This document shows positions 9,150 to 17,306 of a DNA stretch of 64,000 bases, piece by piece (position 1 is the stretch's first letter; each line of letters starts with the position of its first letter). This DNA comes from an uncultured Hyphomicrobiales bacterium (lineage in GTDB: Bacteria; Pseudomonadota; Alphaproteobacteria; Rhizobiales; Phreatobacteraceae). The position numbers and the translations under genes were made by a program. The DNA is taken from NCBI GenBank assembly GCA_964587395.1, contig CAZPMD010000009.1, positions 1,507-65,506 on the forward strand, in the 5' to 3' direction. A model generated the notes under the pieces. That model saw only the letters and a program-made list of their open reading frames with translations, did not search any database and had not been told where the DNA came from.

Positions 9150-10061
9150 TCAGGCCATGGGCACGAAACGATAGGCCGTGCCGGATGCCTCCACATGCCC
9201 GAGGCCGCCGCGCGGCAAGTGGTAGGCGGCGAGCGGGATCTTCTCGGAGACGAGCCTCGACAGGAGCCGCCTGCGGCTGACGGCTGCCTTCTCCGGATCC
9301 TGGTCGAAGCCGCCCGCCCAGTCGGGCCGCGCGAAGGAGAGGACGGGATGGGTGACGGCATCGCCCGCGACCAGGAAGGGCGCGCCTCCGAGCCTGACCT
9401 CGAAGGCGACGTGGCCGGGCGTGTGGCCGGCGGTGTCAACGGCCGCGACACCCGAAATCACCTCGTCCCCCGGCTTGAAGCGCTTGATCTGCGGTTCGAG
9501 CGCCTTCAGCACGCGCTGGGCCCCGGCGGCGAAGGCCTGCCTGTCCTCGGGAAGCTGCGAGAAGATGTCCGCGCGGAACCAGAAGTCCCATTCGGCCTGG
9601 GCGATGTGGTAGGTCGCATTCGGGCAGGCGGCGGTGTCGAAATCGTCGAGCGCCCCCCAGAGGTGATCCGGATGGGCATGGGTGAAGAACACATGCTTCA
9701 CCTTCGCCGGGTCAATGGCGGCCTTCTCCATGGAATCGGGCAGCCGCCCCGTGGTCGGCATGAAGTTCTTGCCCGAGCCGCTGTCGAACATGACGAGATC
9801 GTCGCCGACGCGCACGACGGGAACGTTGAGACTGTTGGTCACCTCGTCGAGCGGCAGTCCCGCCTCCGTCAGGAGCCGCGAGACCTCCTCCCGCGGCGCG
9901 CTGCGTGCGAGGAGCGAGCCCGGCAGGGTGATGGTTCCGTCGTCGAGGATGAGGACTTCCGCCTGGCCGATGCGGGATCGGGCCGTCTGGGCGCGCAGGC
10001 TGGATAAGGACATCGTCCACGCTGCCGCAGCATATGCGAGATCACGACGAGTGAGCGCCAT
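9150..10061 (-). CDS. soxH: Periplasmic metallo-beta-lactamase-fold hydrolase (SoxH-like), Tat signal
   Basis: ORF 9150..10187(-) trimmed to ATG 10061 (GGGAGGAACCG SD). MALTRRDLAYAAAAW Tat-like signal. THAHPDHLWG metal-binding motif. Convergent with soxT. Confidence 0.6.
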   Translation of the reverse strand: MALTRRDLAYAAAAWTMSLSSLRAQTARSRIGQAEVLILDDGTITLPGSLLARSAPREEVSRLLTEAGLPLDEVTNSLNVPVVRVGDDLVMFDSGSGKNFMPTTGRLPDSMEKAAIDPAKVKHVFFTHAHPDHLWGALDDFDTAACPNATYHIAQAEWDFWFRADIFSQLPEDRQAFAAGAQRVLKALEPQIKRFKPGDEVISGVAAVDTAGHTPGHVAFEVRLGGAPFLVAGDAVTHPVLSFARPDWAGGFDQDPEKAAVSRRRLLSRLVSEKIPLAAYHLPRGGLGHVEASGTAYRFVPMA

Positions 10062-10456
10062 CGGTTCCTCCCGGCTTTTGGTGATCATAGCGTGGGGATG
10101 GAAGCTTGGGGATAAAAATTCGCATATCAGAATAAAGCTGGCTCCGGCATCGAGGCCCAGCCCCGGGATCGTCACTCCGTGCTGCACCGGGCCCTAAAGC
10201 AACGTCCTTGCCTGTCGGGCATTCGCAAGCAACTCAAGCGACATTTTGTCGCTAGTTGTAGCGGTCGGCGCGGCAGAGACAGCGCCTCGGGCCAGGCATG
10301 GCCCATGGCCTGAGCATGCAATCGCCGTTTCTCTCATGCATTTCACCGAGCGACACGCGAAGCCGCGGCCACGGGAGCGGCGATACAGGCAAATCTCATC
10401 GGTTACTGCAGCAACTTCAGTGTATTCGAAGAGCGTGCGACTGGAGTGACAATTGT

Positions 10457-10474
10457 GGGAAACTGCCGTTTCCC
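10457..10474. promoter_or_regulatory. Perfect palindrome GGGAAAC-tgcc-GTTTCCC upstream of the chemoreceptor gene
   Basis: 7-bp arms with a 4-nt spacer, about 135 nt upstream of ATG 10611, in a 420-bp lower-GC intergenic region. Confidence 0.3.
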
Positions 10475-10610
10475 GTACGTTTCTCCTGAGCGGAGACGTC
10501 TGTGTAGAAAAAAATCAACCGTCTGCACTCTTGTCCGGCCAAGTGTTAACGCCCCCTTCACTACTTCGCATCAATCTTCCATCATTCCCCAGCGACAAAA
10601 GGCCGCGAAC

Positions 10611-12091
10611 ATGTTCGGATTCGGAAATAGCAAGGATGGTTCGGCGAAACTCGCGGCATTGGACCGTTCGCAGGCGATCATCGAGTTCGAAACCGACGGC
10701 AAGATCGTCACGGCCAACCAGAATTTCCTCGATGCGCTCGGATATTCCCTTGGGGAGATCCAGGGCAAGCACCATTCGATGTTCGTCGAACCGAAGGAGC
10801 GCGACGGCGTCGAGTACCGCCGCTTCTGGGACGACCTGCGGGCCGGCAAGTTCCAGCAGGCCGAGTACAAGCGCATCGGCAAGGGTGGCAAGGAAATCTG
10901 GATCCAGGCGACCACAATCCGCTGCTGAACAGCGCCGGCAAGGCCTTCAAGGTGGTGAAGTTCGCCACCGACGTGACCGCAGAGAAGCTGAAGAACGCCG
11001 ACCAGCAGGGCCAGCTTCAGGCCATCCACCGCGCCCAGGCGGTGATCGAGTTCGACCTCACCGGCAAGATCCTCACCGCCAACGACAATTTCCTCAAGAC
11101 CCTCGGCTATCGTCTCGAGGAGATCGCCGGCCAGCACCACCGCATGTTTGTCGCACCGGAGGATCGCGACAACGCGGCCTATCGCGAGTTCTGGGTGGCG
11201 CTCGGCCGTGGCGAATTCCAGTCGGCTCAGTACAAGCGCATCGGCAAGGGTGGCAAGGAGGTCTGGATCCAGGCGACCTACAACCCGATCTTCGACATGA
11301 ACGGCAAGCCGTTCAAGGTGGTGAAGTTCGCCACCGACATCACCGCCGAGATCATGGAGCAGCAGCGGCGCAAGCAGGTGCAGGGCCAGATCGACACCGA
11401 CCTCAAGTCGATCGGCGAGGCGGTGACCAGCGCCACCAGCGAGGCGACAGAGGCCGCCGCCGCTTCGACCCAGACCAGCGGCAACGTCCAGGCCGTCGCG
11501 GCCGGCGCCGAGGAGCTCGCCGCCTCGGTGAGCGAGATCAGCCGCCAGGTCACCCATTCCCGCGAGATCTCCATGCAGGCGGTCGAGCAGGCGGCCAAGA
11601 CCAACGATATCGTCGCCAGCTTGTCGGTAGCGGCCCAGCGCATCGGCGACGTGGTCCAGCTCATCAACAACATCGCGGCCCAGACCAATCTCCTGGCGCT
11701 CAACGCCACGATCGAGGCGGCGCGCGCCGGCGAGGCGGGCAAGGGCTTCGCGGTGGTCGCCTCCGAGGTGAAGAGCCTCGCCAACCAGACCTCGAAGGCG
11801 ACCGACGAGATCAGCGCACAGATCGCGTCGGTCCAGTCCTCGACAGAGGGTGCCGTGAACGCCATCGGCGACATCTCCTCCACCATCTCGACCATCAGCG
11901 AGATCGCCACGGCCATCGCCACGGCCGTCGAGGAGCAGAGCGCGGTGACCGCCGAGATGTCGTCGAACATGCGCGTTGCCGCCGAGGGCGTGACCGCCAT
12001 CTCGCAGTCGATGAGTGCCATCGCCCGCTCGACCAGCGAGATCGACGTCTCCGCGCAGAAGGTGCGCGAGGCGTCGCGGTCGATCGCCTGA
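10611..12091 (+). pseudogene. Soluble methyl-accepting chemotaxis protein with two tandem PAS domains, interrupted by a 1-nt frameshift (or a sequencing error)
   Basis: ORF 10446..10928 (real start [10 protein letters not shown] at 10611) ends ...[12 protein letters not shown]. The second PAS repeat reads [30 protein letters not shown]. Shifting frame at about 10913 restores ...IWIQAT(Y/H)[21 protein letters not shown], which continues as ORF 10952..12091 with the MCP signalling domain ([31 protein letters not shown]). No TM segments. Confidence 0.8.
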
Positions 12092-12108
12092 CGCGGCCGA
12101 AGCGCATC

Positions 12109-12387
12109 ATGGGCGAGCCGCCTGCCGACAATGTCGCCCCGTTCCCCTGGCGGGAGCGGGCCGACCTTCAGGCTTCCGTCCACGGCCCTGTGCTCCGCGG
12201 CTTTGATCTGACGATGCGACAGATCAATGCCCTCTCGGTGATGATCCTGGAGACAGAGCTCGGGGCCGAGGACAAGAACGAGGCGTTGGAATACATCTCC
12301 ACCGCCGCCACGCGGATGCTGCAGGCCAATCTTCTCTATGTTGAAAGATGTGTCCTGAGGGACGGGGTGCCGTCGGGGAAGGCCTAG
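12109..12387 (+). CDS. Hypothetical protein (92 aa)
   Basis: C-terminal part of the spurious 644-aa ORF 10453..12387. From ATG 12109 the third-codon positions are strongly G/C, as in real genes here. No clear SD and no recognisable family. Confidence 0.3.
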   Translation: MGEPPADNVAPFPWRERADLQASVHGPVLRGFDLTMRQINALSVMILETELGAEDKNEALEYISTAATRMLQANLLYVERCVLRDGVPSGKA

Positions 12388-12512
12388 GCGGCATGCCGTC
12401 TGTTCGAGAAGAGATTTCGGGGTGGCGCGCTTCCTGAACAGGGGTCCATGGGACGCCAGCCGGGCCATCTGACCTTGGCGATATACTGAAATTGACGATG
12501 GCGGTGATCTGT

Positions 12513-12535
12513 GAATCAATCGCGCATGTTGATTC
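12513..12535. promoter_or_regulatory. Inverted repeat GAATCAA-N9-TTGATTC just upstream of the AraC-family gene
   Basis: Perfect 7-bp arms, 14 nt upstream of ATG 12549. Confidence 0.3.
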
Positions 12536-12548
12536 CAGGTTCTGAATA

Positions 12549-13421
12549 ATGTCGCAAATCCTTGTTACATCCCTCAAGCCAGCCGCCCCCGGACCGCTGG
12601 AGCGGACCGTCTCAGCCGCCTGGTCCGGGCTGGTCGTGCAGTCGAGCCGCCGCACGTCCGACTACAGCATCAGCTACAAGAGCCGCGCGACGCAGCATTA
12701 TCTCGGGCTCCACCACTTCGTGCGCCGCGAGGGCGAGACCCGGATCGAGGGCCTGCCACCGTCGCCCCTGACGGACCTGCGCGGCAAACTCACCCAGATC
12801 CCGGCCGGCTATTCCGCCGAGGGCTGGACTGTGGAACCCTCGAACGGCGGTCATGTGACCATGCTGTTCTTCGAACCTGAGAAGCTGTCGGAGGATCTCG
12901 GCAAACTCTACAAGGCGGCGGCTCCGCGCCCGCGGCTCTATTTCGAGGACGCGGACCTTGCCGATGCCCTGATGAAGCTCGATCGCCTGCTGACCAGGGA
13001 TGGCGACCTGACCGATCTCTATGCCGAGTCGCTCGGTCTTTTCATCAGCGCCCGCATGCTGGAGCTGTCGCGTGCCGACGTCGAACCTCCGCGCCCGCAC
13101 TCGGGCTCGCGTTCACGGATGGCGGTGCTGGAGGACTATCTGCGGTCCAATATCGGCAAGCCGGTGTCCATCGAGGATCTGGCCGGGATGGCTGGCCTCT
13201 CCCGCTTCCACCTGATCCGGTCCTTCCGCGATGTCTTCGGACAGACGCCCTACCAGTATTTCCTGCGGCTGAGGATGGACGAGGCCCGACGCCTGCTGCA
13301 ATCGACGAACCTGCAGGTGTCGGAGATCGGGGCACGGGTCGGTTTCTCCAGCAGCACGCAGTTCGTGAAGATGTTCCGCGCCCTCGAGGGCGTGACACCG
13401 GGCAGCCTGCGCCAGCGCTGA
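12549..13421 (+). CDS. AraC-family transcriptional regulator
   Basis: 290 aa. C-terminal double HTH: LAGMAGLSRFHLIRSFRDVFGQTPYQYFLRLRMDEARRLL...IGARVGFSSSTQFVKMFR. Confidence 0.85.
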   Translation: MSQILVTSLKPAAPGPLERTVSAAWSGLVVQSSRRTSDYSISYKSRATQHYLGLHHFVRREGETRIEGLPPSPLTDLRGKLTQIPAGYSAEGWTVEPSNGGHVTMLFFEPEKLSEDLGKLYKAAAPRPRLYFEDADLADALMKLDRLLTRDGDLTDLYAESLGLFISARMLELSRADVEPPRPHSGSRSRMAVLEDYLRSNIGKPVSIEDLAGMAGLSRFHLIRSFRDVFGQTPYQYFLRLRMDEARRLLQSTNLQVSEIGARVGFSSSTQFVKMFRALEGVTPGSLRQR

Positions 13422-13441
13422 ACGGGACAATGCGTCCCGCC

Positions 13442-13621
13442 TCAGCCCGCAGGCGGTTCGGCGTCCTTCGTCCCGGGCTTCGGGAACATGCCCGATCCAG
13501 GCGTCTTCTCCCCGTCGATGAGGTCTGGACGGGCGTGCGGCCCTTCAGGCGGAGTGCCCCTGCGAACCGGCTTCGGGGGGCTCGTCCGCGAGGCGGGTTG
13601 CGTCGGTACGGTCTTGGTCAT
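13442..13621 (-). CDS. Small Pro/Gly/Lys-rich hypothetical protein (59 aa); below the ORF-track length cutoff
   Basis: Read from the minus strand: MTKTVPTQPASRTSPPKPVRRGTPPEGPHARPDLIDGEKTPGSGMFPKPGTKDAEPPAG*. High GC3. 37 nt downstream of the ATPase stop. No SD. Confidence 0.35.
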   Translation of the reverse strand: MTKTVPTQPASRTSPPKPVRRGTPPEGPHARPDLIDGEKTPGSGMFPKPGTKDAEPPAG

Positions 13622-13658
13622 GACGGATCAATGCGCCGGAGGCTCCGCGGTTCCAGCA

Positions 13659-15512
13659 TCAGCCCGCTGTCCCGATCGCCTTTCCGCCGTCGCCGAGCGC
13701 CCGCAGCGCATTGAGGATCACGGCGACGTCGATCACCTCCTGGAGCAGGGCGCCCTGGACAGGGGAGATCAGTCCGAAGGCGGCGGCGATCATGCCGACC
13801 ACAGACAGGCCGATGCCGGCCGCCACGCTCTGGAGAGCGATGTCGCGGGACCGCACGGCGATCGCCAGCGCTTCCCGTACACGTCCGAGGTGATCGACGA
13901 GCAGCACCACGTCGGCCGTCTCGGACGCGGCGGACGAGCCGGTGGCGCCCATGGCGACGCCGACATCGGCGACGGCCAGGGCCGGGGCGTCATTCACGCC
14001 GTCGCCGACCATCATCACCGGCCCCCGTTCGCGCTCGGCCAGCACCACCGCCACCTTGTCCCGGGGGGCAAGTTCCGAGTGGATGGCGTCGACCGACAGG
14101 TCGGCCGCCATGGCCTCGGCCACGCCGCGGCGGTCGCCGGTCGCCAGAACGACACGCGTGATCCCCTGGGCGCGCAGGCCCGCGAGAAGCTGTGGCGTGC
14201 CCTTGCGCAATTCGTCGATCAACAGCAGGCCGCCGGCCAGCTTCCCGTCGATGGCCACCGCCACCACGACGCCGTTGCCGGTCTTGAGGCTGCGCAGGCG
14301 GGCGGCGTCCTCGTCTGCCGACTGGGCGGTGACGTAGCCGATTCCCCCCACCGAGACGGTGCGGCCGTCGACGCGACCGGTGACGCCCTCGCCGGGGCTC
14401 TCGTGGGCGTCTCGCGGAATGGCAAGGACGAGGCCCCGTTCCGCGGCTTCGGTGACAAGCGTGCGGGCGAGGACGTGCTTGGAGACCTGATCGACGGAGG
14501 CCGCGAGGCGCAGGAGCTCGTTGGGGGTCATGCCGTCGAAGACGACCTCCGAGACGATGCGCGCCTGTCCGTGGGTGAGCGTGCCGGTCTTGTCGAGGAT
14601 CAGTACGCGGACGCGCGCGAGGGCCTCCAGTGCCTTGCCGCCCTTGATCAGGATGCCTCGCGCGGCCGCGCGCGACAGGCCCGCGACGATCGCCACCGGC
14701 ACGGCGAGGATGAGCGGACAGGGGGTTGCGACGACCAGAACGGCGACGGCGCGCACCGGATCGCCCGTGGCGAGCCAGGCAGCCACCGCGATCACGACGG
14801 AGACCACCAGGAAGACGATGGCATAGCGGTCGGCGAGGCGGGACATCGGCGCCTTGGAGCGCTGCGCCTGTTCCACCATGCGGATGATGCCGGCGAAGGT
14901 GCTCTCCTTCGCCACACGCTCGGCACGCATGTCGAAGGGGCCGCCGACATTCAGCGAGCCCGAGATGAGCGCCTCGCCCATGTGCCGCTGGACCGGAAGC
15001 GACTCGCCGGTGATGGCGGATTCGTCGATGACCGCGACCGAGGCGCTGACGGTGCCGTCGACCGGCACGACATCGCCCTGACGGACCAAGATTCTGTCAC
15101 CGACGGCCACGGCGTCGAGCGGGATTTCCTGCAGACCGCCGTCGCCGTAGCGCATCGCCTTGCGCGGCGCGCGCGCGAGCAGGGCCGACATCTCCCGTTG
15201 CGCCCGGCGCTCGGCAAAGGATTCGAGGTTCTGGCCGCCGGCATACATCAGCGCGACGACCGCAGCGGCCAGCGTCTCGCCGACGGCGAGGGCCGCCGTC
15301 ATCGACAGGAGCGCGACGATGTCGAGCCCGACCTCCCCCCGCCTCAGGCTGGTGACGATCTCCGCGGCAAGGGCGAGGATCACCACCACGGTCGCCGCGG
15401 TCCAGACCGGATCGGACCACTCCGGCTGCCCCAGCCAGCGGGCAAGGAGGCCCGCCACGAGGCCGGTGGCCGGGACGACGACGAGTAGGGACTTTAGCCG
15501 CGTCAGCAGCAT
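13659..15512 (-). CDS. Heavy-metal P1B-type ATPase with a TPCP transmembrane motif (P1B-5-like); no N-terminal metal-binding domain
   Basis: ORF 13659..15617(-). The TTG-start extension has poor codon usage, so ATG 15512 (MLLTRLKSLL) is preferred. DKTGTLT, GDGVNDAPAL, TGES motifs. The TM motif VVATPCPLILAVP replaces CPC/SPC. Confidence 0.85.
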   Translation of the reverse strand: MLLTRLKSLLVVVPATGLVAGLLARWLGQPEWSDPVWTAATVVVILALAAEIVTSLRRGEVGLDIVALLSMTAALAVGETLAAAVVALMYAGGQNLESFAERRAQREMSALLARAPRKAMRYGDGGLQEIPLDAVAVGDRILVRQGDVVPVDGTVSASVAVIDESAITGESLPVQRHMGEALISGSLNVGGPFDMRAERVAKESTFAGIIRMVEQAQRSKAPMSRLADRYAIVFLVVSVVIAVAAWLATGDPVRAVAVLVVATPCPLILAVPVAIVAGLSRAAARGILIKGGKALEALARVRVLILDKTGTLTHGQARIVSEVVFDGMTPNELLRLAASVDQVSKHVLARTLVTEAAERGLVLAIPRDAHESPGEGVTGRVDGRTVSVGGIGYVTAQSADEDAARLRSLKTGNGVVVAVAIDGKLAGGLLLIDELRKGTPQLLAGLRAQGITRVVLATGDRRGVAEAMAADLSVDAIHSELAPRDKVAVVLAERERGPVMMVGDGVNDAPALAVADVGVAMGATGSSAASETADVVLLVDHLGRVREALAIAVRSRDIALQSVAAGIGLSVVGMIAAAFGLISPVQGALLQEVIDVAVILNALRALGDGGKAIGTAG

Positions 15513-15547
15513 GGCGCGACCCGCCGCGCCGGGGCTTCGGGGAACAT
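15503..15547 (-). CDS. 14-codon leader ORF (MFPEAPARRVAPCC) overlapping the ATPase start codon
   Basis: Minus strand reads ACAGGAGGTGCCG-ATG TTC CCC GAA GCC CCG GCG CGG CGG GTC GCG CCA TGC TGC TGA. AGGAGG lies 5 nt before this ATG. The ATPase ATG (15512) lies inside the leader ORF (ATGCTGCTGA) and has no SD of its own. Confidence 0.45.
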   Translation of the reverse strand: MFPEAPARRVAPCC

Positions 15548-15582
15548 CGGCACCTCCTGTAACGGTCGACCTTCCATCGATC

Positions 15583-15600
15583 GCTACAGGAGGCTGTAGC
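15583..15600. promoter_or_regulatory. Perfect palindrome GCTACAG-N4-CTGTAGC upstream of the ATPase leader (candidate operator)
   Basis: Plus strand gctacag gagg ctgtagc: 7-bp arms, located between the lower-GC putative promoter region and the leader-ORF SD. Confidence 0.35.
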
Positions 15601-15661
15601 AGGATAGAATGATTCAAAACAAATCGCCGCGCTGCAGGACGGCTCCGTCCGGCTCCGGCTC

Positions 15662-17212
15662 TCAGGCCCCGGCGCGCGCCTTCGCCAGATAGGCGTCACG
15701 CAGATGCCGCTTCACCAGCTTGCCGGTCGGCGTGCGCGGCAGCTCGGCGAGGAAGTCGATGGTGCGGGGGCACTTCAGCGCCGACAGCCGGCCGCGGCAG
15801 AAGGCGATGAGTTCGGCCGCGAGATCCGGCCCGGCGAGCGCCATGTCGCGGGGTTGGACGACCGCCTTCACCTCCTCGCCCATCTCGGCGTTGGGAACGC
15901 CGAAGACGGCGACGTCGGCCACGGCCGGATGCAGGATCAGTGCGTCCTCGGTTTCCTGCGGGTAGATGTTCACCCCGCCGGAGATGATCATGTAGGCCTT
16001 GCGGTCGGTGAGGTAGAGATAGCCCTCGGCGTCGAGATAGCCGATGTCGCCGAGCGTCGACCAGCCGCGGTCATTGTAGGCGCTGGCCGTCTTCGCGGGA
16101 TCGTTGTGATAGGCGAACGCCGGGCCGTCTGCGAAATAGACGGCGCCGATCTCGCCGGCGGGAAGCTCCTCGCCGTCCTCGCCGAGGATCTTGATCTTGC
16201 CGACCAGGGGACGCCCGACGGTGCCCCGATGGGTGAGCCAGTCGGTGGAGTTCACGACGGTGACGCCGTTCGCCTCGGTGCCGGCGTAGTATTCCATCAG
16301 GATCGGTCCCCACCACTCGATCATCGCCGCCTTGACGTCGACCGGGCAGGGAGCGGCGGCATGGACGGCCGCCTTCAGCGACGACAGGTCGTAGGCATGG
16401 CGGACCGCCTCGGGCAGCTTCAGCATCCGCACGAACATGGTCGGCACCAGCTGCGAATGCGTTACGCGGTGCTTCTCGACGAGGCGCAGGAACTCCTCGG
16501 CGTCGAACTTCTCCATGATCACGGAGGTGCCGCCGAGGGAGGCCACCATCATGTTGTAGCGCAGCGGAGCCGCGTGATAGAGCGGCGCCGGCGAGAGGTA
16601 GATGCTCCCCACCCCCATGCCGCACATGTCCTGGCAGAGCAGCTTCAGGAGTGGCGAGAGCTGGCCGATCGGCTGAAGCTCGAAGGGCTTCTTGACCCCC
16701 TTGGGCCGGCCGGTCGTTCCCGACGAATAGAGCATGTCGAAGCCGCCGGTCTCGTCGGTGATCGGCGTTGCCGGCATGGCGGCGCGCTCGTCGTTCCACG
16801 CGCGGAAGCCGTCGCGGCGGCCACCGGCGATGAACAGGGCGAGGCCCTTGTCGCCACGCACGGCCTCGACCTGGTCCGCCGTCTGCGGCGTCACCACCAG
16901 CACCTTCGCGCCGCAGTCGCGGACGATGTAGGCGATCTCGTCGGTGGTCAGATAGCGGCTGATGGCGGTGTAGTAGATGCCCGAGCGCTGGCAGGCCCAG
17001 CAGAGCTCCATGAAGGCGAGCGAGTTCTCCATGATGAAGGCGATGTGGTCGCCCGCCTTGAGGCCGAGGCGGCGCAGGAGCTGCGCGCCCTGGTTCGAGA
17101 GTCGGTCGAGTTCGCCATAGGTCAGCGCCTCGCCGGAGCCGGCCATCCGATAGGCGATGCGGTCCGGCGCCACGACGGCATGGCCGGAGGGATGGGTGAT
17201 GGGCGCACTCAT
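15662..17212 (-). CDS. Acyl-CoA synthetase (AMP-forming adenylating enzyme family)
   Basis: 516 aa. AMP-binding signature YSSGTTGRPKGV, plus GDIGYLDAEGYLYLTDRK and PRTPTGKL motifs. Confidence 0.88.
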   Translation of the reverse strand: MSAPITHPSGHAVVAPDRIAYRMAGSGEALTYGELDRLSNQGAQLLRRLGLKAGDHIAFIMENSLAFMELCWACQRSGIYYTAISRYLTTDEIAYIVRDCGAKVLVVTPQTADQVEAVRGDKGLALFIAGGRRDGFRAWNDERAAMPATPITDETGGFDMLYSSGTTGRPKGVKKPFELQPIGQLSPLLKLLCQDMCGMGVGSIYLSPAPLYHAAPLRYNMMVASLGGTSVIMEKFDAEEFLRLVEKHRVTHSQLVPTMFVRMLKLPEAVRHAYDLSSLKAAVHAAAPCPVDVKAAMIEWWGPILMEYYAGTEANGVTVVNSTDWLTHRGTVGRPLVGKIKILGEDGEELPAGEIGAVYFADGPAFAYHNDPAKTASAYNDRGWSTLGDIGYLDAEGYLYLTDRKAYMIISGGVNIYPQETEDALILHPAVADVAVFGVPNAEMGEEVKAVVQPRDMALAGPDLAAELIAFCRGRLSALKCPRTIDFLAELPRTPTGKLVKRHLRDAYLAKARAGA

Positions 17213-17306
17213 GATGGTCCTCCCGGGGGCGGCGGCTTCGGGCCGCTCTTGCTCGGTCTTGCAGAAACGACGAAGCCGCCCGTGGGCGGCTTCGGGAAGG
17301 TCGGGC

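Noticed and set aside
10455-10482. GGGAAAC...CGTT near the chemoreceptor upstream palindrome, as an EcfG promoter.
   Set aside because: The -35 element is GGAAA/GAAAC rather than GGAAC, and the spacer is 14-15 nt. The sequence is better described as a palindrome.
10453-12387. 644-aa ORF spanning the whole chemoreceptor region.
   Set aside because: It is the third frame over the MCP gene and has an Arg/Pro/Gly-rich nonsense-like translation. Only its last 92 codons (12109-12387, past the MCP stop) show gene-like codon usage, and those are listed separately at low confidence.
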